Source: Lytechinus pictus
Lineage: Eukaryota
Length of the DNA stretch: 64,000 bases
Assembly: GCF_037042905.1 (NCBI RefSeq)
Contig: NC_087250.1
Span: 22,260,001-22,324,000 of the forward strand
Direction: 5' to 3'
The position numbers were made by a program, and so were the translations under genes. Positions 12,901 to 24,900 of this stretch are shown in pieces. Positions within the stretch are counted from its first letter, which is position 1. Each line of letters begins with the position of its first letter. The notes beneath the pieces are model-generated. The model did no database searches. It worked only from the letters and a program-made list of their open reading frames with translations, and was not told the origin of the DNA.

Positions 12901-15900
12901 AGTTTTTCTTTATTTTTGTTAATTACTAAAACATTTCATAGTGACTTGCACAGTTTTTTGTGTATCAGTCCCATTCATTGCTTTTCATGTTTGTCAAAAT
13001 CTAAATTGAATAGATTCCCCTCAACCATACTCTAGACTACTGACTAGAGTCTAGACTCTAGTCCTAGATCTAAAACAATAAGTTAAGAGGTCGACGTCTT
13101 TATTCTAACTTTAAGTAAGGGAATTGTTTTAACTTTTGAGAGTAGTCTTGGGTCTAACATTAGGCCTATAGTTAGATCTAGCCTAGGCCCAATTGTTTGG
13201 AGGAGAATTGAACATTGTCATTGTTTTGACTGTTTTACTTTTACTTTCCTGAAGCAAAACGTGTCTACGATACGTAGTCTAGTGAGTTAGTGGAGCAACC
13301 GAGACTGAAGATACATATAGGTCTAGGACTAGAACAACATTCAGGACTTAGGCTGGCTTAGCTTAGGGACAGGGATAGATATAGATTATTATTCTAACCT
13401 TAGATCTATCAAAGTTAGTGGAATACGAATAGATCTGATTTGTCTCAGACAAAAAGCTTTGAACAGTCTCTGGGACCGGGTCTGGGACAGGGATCATACT
13501 AGATAGGCCTATATAGATTATTCTAACCTTAGATCTAGGCCTAGTGGATAGATCTGATACTCTTACTTCGACAAAAAGCTTTGAACAGTCTCTGTATTGG
13601 TTGCTCGCTGAACTATGACAGTCTATGTTGGCCTCTCTCACCAAGGCAATGTGATACGACAGTAAAATGTCAGAATTTTTAAAATAAATCCCCAGAAACA
13701 ACGGTTGTTCCTGTCTACATTACAGTGTTAGATCCAACTATCGCTGCATTGCTTGCCAAGTAACTAGTAAAACTAGGCCTGGCTAAATTTAGAATTAGTC
13801 CTAGACATCTCTCTACCCCGGTTTTAGGTCCATATCTGTTTCTTTGAAATTGAAGAGTTTTTTTATTTAATTTTAAACATTTTTTGGGACTCGTTTAGGT
13901 TTCCAGATCCAGGACTAGAAAACAGGCCTAAACCTAGACCAACAGCTCATTCTTGACTAGACTAGGCCTGGCCTAGATTTATGTAAGAATTTAGATCTTG
14001 GCCTAACGTTTGTCTGTGCTATCTATTCTTTCTAGATTCTATTTCTAGCCTAGCCGGTAGCCCTAACATTAGGACTGGCTGATCTAGTCTAACAGTTACT
14101 GTATGATCTAGAATGTTTAATGCTGGCCTAGATCTAGTAGACTAAATAACTTAGACTAAAAGTTAGACCCTATCTAGACCTAGAACTAGATCTATATCAA
14201 TCTAGGTCTACATGTAATAGGTCTAGATCTAGAGGTTTGTAGACTCTCAACATGCTCAATGTAGATTCTAAAAAAAAAGTAAATGTAGGCTAGTCTACAG
14301 TAGATCTACTCATCTAACTTTAGGCCTTTAAAGGAAGTAGGCTATAGATCTGTTGGATTATTTCTATTACTATAGTATCTAAAGGATCTAGATCTAGGCC
14401 TAGATCTAAAGCTATGGACTGTAGTTCGAGATCTAGAGGTCTAGCACCCCCTTAAAACTAGTACTAAGCCTACAGCTACATGTACTATGTACTTCTCTTT
14501 GTAGCCAAACAAGAGTTAGCATTGTCTTAATCTTACTTTGGTGTGTGTAGTTACCATACAAACACATATTTTGATGAATGAGAAAATGTGCCTTGCAGAT
14601 TATTTTACCTCAAGTCAAAACCTAGTGTTCTAAATTTCATGAGCATAGGCCTATGTCATAAAATGAAGAAGTAGTTCAATCCATTAGATGTGCTTACACA
14701 TTTATTGATTTAATATGCTGTCACCATGGCAACACAGTTTCCAACACATGTATACAAATATATGTCTTGCAGAACTATACCTCAAAACCAATGTGTGAGC
14801 CAACTTTTATAAGAACTGGTTGAAAACTAATGAAGGAGTTCAGATTTTCACCTAATTCATTATGTAATATATTGTTAACATGGCAACACGATTTCTGATA
14901 CATACAAAAATATGTCTTGCACATCTTCAATTCAAGACTAATTAGTGTGCCAAATTTTATGAGCATTGGTTAAAAAAAGATGAAGGAGTTCGAACTACCA
15001 AATTTTCACCTTATTTTTGTTATTTAATATGTTGTTACCATGGCAACACGATTTCTGATACAGACAAAAATATATCTTAGACATCTTCACCTCAACATAA
15101 ATGTATGTGCCAATTTTTTTATTAGAATTGACCACTTGGAAACTGATAAAATAGGTCAAATCACTAAATTTTCATCTAACTTTGATATTTGATTTGTTAC
15201 CATGGCAACATGATTTATTTATAAAGTCATACTATATTTTGCACATCTTCACATCAAGACTAATGTTTGTGCCACATTTCATGAGAATTGGTTAAAACTG
15301 GGGAAGTAGTTGGAATTGCAAGATTTTTACATAAGTTTTGCCATAATATACCGTTACCATGGCAACACAATTTCTGACATATGCAAAAATGTGTCTTGCA
15401 AATTTTCACCTAAAGACTAAAGTCTGTGCCAAATATCATGAGAAATGGTTTAAAAATTCTAAAGTAATAAAAACCACAAGTTTTTCACCTAATTTTCGAT
15501 ATTTAATATGTTGTTACCATGGCAACGCAATTATATACTTTAGGCATAGAATACGTTTTGCACATCTTCACAATAAGACTAATGTATGTGCCAAATTTCA
15601 TGAGAATTGGTTAAAAACTGAGGAAGTAGTTGGAACAGCAAGATTTATACATAGCTTTTGCCATAATATACCGTTACCATGGCAACACAATTTCCGACAC
15701 ATTAAAAAATGTGTCTTGCACATCTTTACCTCAAAATCAATGTGTGAGCCAACTTTCTTGAGAATTGGTAGAAAACTGATGAAAGTATTTTAAACGGCAA
15801 AATTTTGGCCATAATATACTGTTACCATGGCAACACAATCTCCAAAAAAGGGAAAAAAACTTCTTACACCTCCTTACCTTGAGAACAATGTGTGTTCCAA

Positions 15901-18900
15901 ATTTTATGAAAATCGGTTAAAAACTGAGAAAGTAGCTTGTAATGCAATATAGGCATAAATTCTAAAAAATTGTTGGCCATGATTTGTTGGATTTAAACCA
16001 GGCTTAAACTACCCCCTGCGCGAGTTTAACTTTTTGAGGATTTATTACCACACTTAGACCAGGGTTAACTTAAACCTTGCTATCGGAATACGAAACTTAA
16101 ACCTAGGTTTAAATATGGCAGTTTATTACCACACTTAGACCAGGGTTAAGTTAAACCACGCTATCAGAATACGGGCCATTCTGTTTAAGTTACAAAAAGT
16201 GCATAGAATTTCCATTCTTTAGGTAAAAGTGTCAACAATTTTCAGCTCGCGCCTGGCGCTCGCATTATATATGTAACGTCTTCATGGCTAACTGCAAGCA
16301 CTGCACATGCTGTAGGTAGGCCTACGTACAGTACCTTTTCGATCAGTTCAAAACGTGTATCAAGGATTTCTGCTCGCGCTTTGCGTTCGTAGTATAGTTG
16401 CATACACATCTTTTTCAGGATAACAAACATTGCCTAGAATTTCAAAATTTTAGGAAAAAATACATAAATTTTCAACAACAAAAAATTGCTCGCGCTTCGC
16501 GCTCGCATTATATAAATAAGGATTATGATATGACATATTTATGTTGATTTAGAATAAAGAAGTAACTATTAGGACTACCCCTTCAAAGAAACAAGATGGG
16601 GCAACATACTCCTTCATTAGATGTGCTCTTTGCAATAAAGGAAATGGGAGAGATGGTTGTTTAGGCTGTCAGAGAGGTTGTGCTACCCACAACATTAGTC
16701 ACCCAAGCTACAAATGGTCCTCGTGCACCATATGGGGTGAAGCAACAGAGAGGTCCATGTTAATCTTTTGGTGCTTATGGACATTTTGCACGAGAGTGTC
16801 AGTGGCAGCAGTGATCGCAACCAGACCAGTATTGGAGCCAACAGGAACCACATAATTCCCAGCAGGAGCAACATAGGTATCAGCATGAACAACAGAGGTT
16901 CCAACAAGATCGTCATGACAGTCAGCAACAGATGAGGGTGGGGGACCTTGTGAAAATATTAAATAAAGATTTTACGGCGAAGGCGGTTGGTGACTGCTAT
17001 GCAGTAGATGTCGAGTTCAAGGATGCCCATGTGTCTTGTTTACGGGACCCGGGCTCACAAGTCACCACAGTGGGGGAGAAGTTTTTCAGAGAACAACTAG
17101 AACCTCGAGGATTCGTGTTGGAGAAGGTCCCGGCCCCAATGTCTCTGCAAATGAGGAGGGATATTCCCTACGTAGGGTGCTTTGAGATTGATATCAAGGT
17201 CCTTGGTTAACTATTTCGAGAAAGAGATGTCCTTGTATTGGCAGAAGGGAAGCATTCAGTCCAAGGTATCCTGGGCATGAATGTTCTACATGAATTTTGG
17301 GAGCGAATGGAAAACTCAGGACAAGGATATCTAACCAGACTGAACCAGCCTTCGTCTATTCAAGCAATGCAAAGGGTGATGAAAATCATCAGTGACCGGG
17401 CCAAACTAGGTAATGAGAGTGGTGAAGTTGGAAGAGCATACCTGAGAGGGGTAACCTCATAGTATCTGCAAGGCAGTCGGTCATTATTGCGGGACAGAGC
17501 AGTACTGACACTGGAGTTACTTTTGAAGTTTTGCTGTAGCCAGATGAAGATGGGGCTATTTCAAATAAAGTGACTGTGCCTCTGTCCTCCATCAAAGTGC
17601 AACAAGGGAAATTTCCACTGCTCCTACACAACAATAGTGATTTTGACGTTGTTTTACCAGATGCTGCAACACTTGGTCGTCTCTATGTGGGTGAAAATTG
17701 TATTCAGGATCGCCATGCATCAGAAATTGACTATAAGGGTGGTAGTAATTGCAAGATTGCAATCGAAGAGAGGGGCCTAGAACCAAATCTAGACATACCA
17801 GTAGATGTCGATTACACAGCTTTAGACGAGACAGAAGTGGCCCGTTTGCGGGAGCTCCTTCAGAAGCATCAGAAAGGATTGACACTGGATTAGAAACACC
17901 CATCAGACAGCGCCACAGATCGCTCCCTCCTCCTCAATACCAGCTTGTTCGAGAGCACATTCAAGATTTGCTGGAACGTGGCATTATTCGTGAAAGTCAG
18001 AGTCCTTGAGCTTCCCCTGTAGTGGTGGTAGCATAGAAGGACGGCTGTATTCGATTTTGCGTTGACTACCGTAAGTTGAATTGTATTACACGGCGTGATT
18101 CTTTTCCCCTCCCCCGTATAGAGGAGTCCCTTCAGGCATTAGGGGAGCCAAATATTTTAGTGTGCTAGATTTAACGAGTGGATATTACCAGGTGGCCATG
18201 CACTCCGATGATGTTGCCAAGACAGCATTTGTGGTTCCCTTTGGCCTGTTTGAGTTTACAAGGCTCCCTTTTGGATTGACTAATGCACCGGCCACTTTCC
18301 AAAGGTTAACGCAGCGCTGCCTGGGAGACAGGTGCTACTATAATAGCAGCGCTTTGTATCCTCAGGCAAACAGCGCTTTCTAAATCCAGCTATTATCATT
18401 ACTTCTGTGTGCTGATGCACCTAGATGATATAATTGTGTATTTTCCAGATTTCGGCTCCCATCTCCAGCACCTTGATGAGGTTCTGACTAGGCTGAGAGC
18501 CTACGGATTGAAGCTGAAGCCAGATAAGTGCCATCTACTGAAGGACGAGGTGCAGTATATTGGACATCGTGTATCAGCAGCAGGAGTCTCTGTAGATCCA
18601 TCAAAGATATCCATTGTCCAGGAATGGCCAAATTTGGGAACATTGACAGTCGTCAGAGCATTTCTTGAATTTACAGGTTTCTTTCGACGATTTGTGGCTG
18701 GATATGCAATGATTGTTGCACCTTTGTTCCGATACGTTGGGGTAAATCCTTTAAGAAGAAGGGCAAGAAGAAGGCAATAGTCTTAGGCTCAACCAAGTTT
18801 GAGCTAGATGAAGAAGCTCAGAAGGCAAAGGAGGCTTTGATCCAGTGTCTAACCACTGCCCCGATACTAGCCTATGCTGATTTTCAGAAGCCGTTCAAAG

Positions 18901-21900
18901 TTGAGACCGAGGCAAGTTTCACTGGTCTTGGGGCTATTCTATAACAGGAAGATGGGATGGGGTGGACCATGTCATTGCCTTTGCCTCCCAGACATTGAAG
19001 TCTGCAGAACGAAGCTGACGATACAGTGCATTCAAACTGGAGCTTCTCGCTATAAAGTGGGCCGTGACGGAAGTTTTCAAAGAATACTTCTTATGTAACA
19101 GATGCACAGTGGCCACAGACCATCATCCTTTGTTGTTCCTGGATAAGGCTAACCTTGGCTGTGTAGAGATGCGATGGGTCCAGCAATTGAGTGTGTTCGA
19201 CTTTGAAATCGTGTACCGTCCTGGCAAGGCAAATCAGGCCCCAGATGTCCTGTCACGTAGAAATACCCCCATCCTCGATAAGTCAGATGTCATTGTGACT
19301 AGTTGCAACATGAAGGCGACGTTCGAGGGTTATTCTCCAGGCACACAGGTTCCCCATGCAGTTTGTCTCCATACCGAGGTGAATCGCCAGGGAGGAACGC
19401 CCTGCCTACACGGACTGTCAATGCAGGAGATAGAAGTTTAGCAGAAGGCTGATAACGTGTTATAAGAAGTTCGAGGATTTTTTCGACGAGGTACAACTCC
19501 CGCCAGACAGGAGCAGGAGCAACTTTCCCGTGATGTATTAGACCTGCTAAGGGAATGGAAAAGGCTCTCTTTCGAAGATGGTGTCTTGCTCATTGATTCA
19601 GAACGATGGGCGGCTACATCAGACAACATCATATTCGATTGAAAACAGCAAGAGCTCTGGCCACTCAGCGAGCCAAGTCTGCCATCGCTGCAAGGCATGT
19701 TCAATTCAATTTAATTCAATTCAATTTATTTTTCATTCTTCAACATAATACAAATGATTACAAGATAAATTAATTCGATTTGAATAAAAGCATGAACAAA
19801 ATTCAATATTGAATAAATAATATACATATTCAATGAGTGATTCAAATATAAATTAACATGCATGTCAAATTCAAATCATTATAATCAATATAATTAAATC
19901 AATATAATTATATATCATGAGAAGAATGGAGGGGTCCACTGAAAAGTAAAGCTTGCAAAAAGTTAGGATAGAAAGAATATTGAAATATACGTAAAGGAAT
20001 ACATGAAGATGTTAAACAGGCAAAGAAGGTTTTCGAGACACCGCCTGGGCTGGGGCAATACGTTCTCGTCAGGAAGTAGGCCTTCAAGGGTAGACGTAAA
20101 ATCCAAGATGCCTGGGAGGAAGAGCGCCTGACAAGAAGGCAGAAGGTCCTATTTTTAAAGTATATGGTATGACTCGGCCGGGGATCGAACACACGACCTC
20201 CCGTCCATGAGGCTGGTGCTCTACCACTGAGCCACCATACGCGTGTACATGTGTACAGGAGGTCATTTCTGATGAGTCAGGAAGTAGGAATTCAAACTCG
20301 ATAGCTGTTGCAGGTCATGTCTTGCGTCAACCAGGGAATGCAGGTGAAGTGAGCCAAGTAGAAATTGGTAGTGCTGGATTTAGCCATGACGAAGAAGACA
20401 ACGACCTCCCTTCTTCTGAATCAAGGGATACGACTCATCCTTCTTCAGATAGCTCTAGTGACCGATATCCAGAGAGGGTGAATCGGGGGGTCCCGCCCAA
20501 GAGATATCGGAATGTCTATTTGGACTAGTTCTAACGATTTGTTAATTTGTTACTAGATTAGTTTTTGCTTTGTCATCACTGGACGATAAGTGGGGAAGGT
20601 TGTAGAGTCCGTTGAATTTATTCGTTTGATACTATAGATGGCGTCCTAATTGTTGGACTGGGTACTTCTGTGCATTTACTTATACAGATACTGAGACCGG
20701 TTCCCACTCGGCTTTCTGTTATTAACCTCTGTTCACCTCTAAAGCAAGGTGATACGGTTTGCGAAGATGCCTGTTAAAATATGTTTAAAAGATAGCATCA
20801 TAATAATTTGTACCTTTGCCGCGATATCTGCTCCCATTTCCACCAACATCTTTACCGAATCCAGTCTTCCCAGTGATGCAGCACGGTGCAGTGGACTCTG
20901 ACCATCGATATCCTTAGACTGAATTTCTGCTCCGTGGTCCAAAAGAAACTTGACAACCTCAGCACGATTGCTATCAATATTATCGTAAAAATAAGTATAA
21001 TTTACAATTAAACTTCAGAATTATACAAATATTTGGCAACCTATAAGAATTATTTATATCAAAATAAGAGGCTCTTTAACAAATTTCAAGATGGCGAAAG
21101 TAAAAAAAACAATAAGAAAAGAAATGGCGGTTTCAGAAAAAAGCAGTAAGCCTGAAGTAATTAAAAGCGTTTTTGATAATTTGGGAGCCCTAATAGACAT
21201 TCGAAATGTATCACGTCTTATAAAACCATAATATCAGATTCAGGAATGTTATCAATAATGTTCACAGGCTATACACATTTAAAGGTAAAAGAAAGTAGTT
21301 GCAGCAAATAATTTTTTCATGGGAAAGTTTTTCAAATTAATTTAAATTGACACCATATTAAGATGTATCTAGGTTTGGTACATTAATGTAAACTTATCAT
21401 TGTGAAATCACGAATCTTAGCTCAAAATTGATAATTTTGATGATCACTAATACAGAAAAGCCTAATAAGCGGGGTGGTGTATTAATATTGGGAAAATGCC
21501 CGATAATTGATTGAATTCTGTGCTTATTTTACTCATTTCTCAGCAATTACACATTTTATTCCATAGCCATTCGGCACATATTTTTTATTCATACATACAA
21601 ACACTTAGGTGGTAATTTTCTTGGGTTCTGTTGGAACACATTTTGAGATCGTTACCACACCTGGGGCCCGTTTCATAAAGCTGTTCGTAAGTTACGGATG
21701 ACTTTACGCACGACTGGTGACCCTTTCTTGTGCTATATGATATATCCCTATGTAGCTGATTCATGTATAAGAACATGTTCCAGTCGTTCGTAACGTTTGC
21801 GTCACTTTACGAACAGCCTTATGAAACACCACCCGGGTATATCTTTAAACCGGAGGATAAACTCAAGTGCAAACATGGGACAGATGAATAATGCTGATTC

Positions 21901-24900
21901 TTACAAATGTAACCAAATAAAATGTGTTTCTCTACAGGAAATCTGAATGTTTGATTCCATAGCTTCTCCTCAAGTAAGTCTGACCGAAACAAAGGAAAAC
22001 ATTTTCAACAAAAAAAGAGACCGGCTCATTATAAATGCTCCAGATGAGAGTTGGTTAACGTTGACTTCTACAAGTAAGTCTGACAATATTTACCATTCTG
22101 CAGCATTGTGTAAGGGAGTAGATTCTGTCTGATCTCTTAAGTTGATATCAGCATTTTTCTCCAATAGGAGTTTGACTGCCTCAATCTGTCCGAAGCCACT
22201 CGCAACGTGCAATGATGTTTGACCAGATGAGTTCTTTAAATAAATGGGCAAAGTATGGAAGCAGAAAGGAAATTGTAAAATGCCGATTGATCTACATGTA
22301 CGCACACTGTGTAAAATTTCAGTCTCATTCTACATACTGTGCCTCTACGTATATTTAATAACTAGTTCGCCTAGCAAAACTAGTGGAACGCCTCCAGTAG
22401 TCTCGACTGCATTACGCGATTCAATTTAGCAGCAGTGCTGAATTTGAAAACAACTATTGAAAACTTATTTACACAAAACATTCATACTAAGTTCATTAAC
22501 ACGGAGTTCATCATACATGTATGACCTGACACTAATGCACAAGGATTAGATATATTCGATTGCCTTTATGTCAAGGTTTCATGCAATAGATCCATTTACT
22601 TTCAAAGTTATGGTACATTTTCAAAACTTAACCTTGGTTTAGGATTTCAATGTAGAAACCACATAAAAATTATAGTGTATGCACCATGTAATAAAGGTGC
22701 AAATTCGCATCTGTTTAGCGCCAAGTATTGCCCAAATGAAAGGACAAGTCCACCCCAACAAAATGTTCATTTGAAATAAGAATTGAAAAAGCTCACAAGC
22801 ATAATACTGACAATTTCATCAAAATCTGATGCAAAAACAAGACAGATATGACATTTTAAAAGTTCACTTAATTTGAAATACATAACCTACATTTCTTTTG
22901 CATTTTATTATTGGAAATATGGAATACTTAAATTTTCCTCTCATTATCTTTGAAACAAACCTTTTTCTCTCCATATTTATGAGGAATTACCCTTGTTTTA
23001 ACATTTTGTGGTTAAGTCATGTTAAAATCTGTAAACATTTAACATTGCATAATTCAAACAATACAAAAAAATGTGCTACAAGCATATATGGTGCAAAGCG
23101 TCTTACTGTGTACCTTTAAGTTGATGTCTATGCGCCCATCGTCCAAACACACCTTCAGCAGGTCGATATTATTGTATAGTGCGGCCCAGAATAGAACACT
23201 ATCTCCCTTCTTGTTTTTAACATGAATGTCGGCATTTTTTCCTAAAAAGTACTCTATGACGTCGATCTGATTTCTTAAAAAAATAAAATATGAACAAAAC
23301 TTTACAACATAAAACTGTAAATATGCATCAAAGTCAGAACATGTGTTAACTCCATGGTCAGAAGGTGTAAGTAATATCTAATACTAGCCATTATTCCCCA
23401 ACTAACATAGGAATACTGTACGCCAACATCAGCCATCCCATATTCGTTAAATCGTATTGTTCCGTGGGCCCGCTGCGTATCACTTATATTCTTCATACGA
23501 AGAATATTCTATAGGACTGGTCACTCAAAGCCAATAACTTGATAAAATACAATTTTCCCACGAATCAGGCTTGTTATATAAAGCCGTGCCCGTGTAAATT
23601 GCGTGTAAGTCTAAAGACGACCGCACATCTTACAATTGGTATGCAATCCGATTTTATAAAAATATGTTGTAGAATTTGATGCTAATATTGAGACTTACAT
23701 GTAGAATATCTTACTGTGTAATGTTCGAAATCATCGTACGAATACCTATGTTCAAATCTATGACTATGATATCATCCTTCTTAGAATAAAAGCGAATTTA
23801 ATATCTAGTCGTAATGATGTCATAGCAGTCGTACGATTGGCTACGATTTGAAACTAATTTGGCATTTACTCCAAAATAAAGGTTTGCAATCTTTCAAAAT
23901 GGTTATATTAGCATTCTTTCAATTAATTTTAACCTCGAATGAAATGATATGTTGAACCATTCAAATTTTCAGAAAATGAGCAAAGTGCGATTTGTTCAAA
24001 AATCGAATCACGAACATTCGTAAGGTGTGCGGTGGCCTTAAGGCTGGGTTCACATAGAAGTATACTATTCGGGTATACGGTGCACGTTTTCGAGGGCACG
24101 CGAATAGCTTGAATCGAACAATAGGATTTCCTAATACCGGGTCACATGAGAGGGCACTATACGAAAATGCCGTATAGCTGCGTATAGTATAGTATAGTGG
24201 GAATCTTACTTATTCGATTTTCGTGCAGCGTATACAGACGTGGCAGGTGGTGTTCTTAATTTCCCTATAATATTTGCTGTGTGCGTTGGTTAAATGAGGT
24301 AAGTTCAAATGAAATGATTTCTTGGTACTCTTTTTATTGGAATTTCTAGCACATGCCGTCATATTTAAGTTATCCAGCACTTCAGAGTTTATCTCATTCA
24401 CATGCTGTATGATTTATGTGGGTTCTGCATTTTTCGTTCTGTCTTTTTTTGACCTTAAAATGACTGAAGATACAAGGTCAAAAAGGTCCGCAGCGAATGC
24501 TACTTGACCTATGTTGTTGTGTATCGCTGAGTCATGTTTAATTAATTACTTAATTATTCTTATAATAAGTCGATAATAATGTGGAAATAGATTTCATTCA
24601 AGAAAATATTGTTTATAAAATGATTTATTTATTATTTCACTTTTGCTATGATTTCACAAAGCTGGGATGGGAGAGTATAATCAAGCTCCCCCCCCCCCTA
24701 AAAATGACGTCATCAAAGCAAAAAATAGGAATGATTGATAAAATCAATTAGGCTGATACAGGTTTGAAATCTTAAAATATAAATTTGGAAACATAGCTAC
24801 AGTATTTCCAATAACATTCCTCAACCCCCCCCCCCCCCCTCCCCCAAAATAAAATTTAAGTTTTTAGTGTGTAAAATCATATGGCTTAAATAAGCCCATC

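Larger units (their letters stand above)
10989..20743 (+). mobile_element. Decayed Ty3/Gypsy LTR retrotransposon with nested insertions, antisense in an ankyrin intron
   Basis: Paired LTRs (TGTAGAG...CTCTACA), PBS, PPT (20588-20599), imperfect 4-bp TSD gtaa/gcaa, PR-RT-RH remnants in Gypsy order. Confidence 0.92.

Noticed and set aside
15359..15793. 144-aa ORF
   Set aside because: It lies within a ~160-bp tandem array and has no recognisable domain.
16932..19441. Active reverse transcriptase system (retron/DGR-like)
   Set aside because: It is an ordinary Gypsy pol with stops, frameshifts and mutated catalytic motifs.
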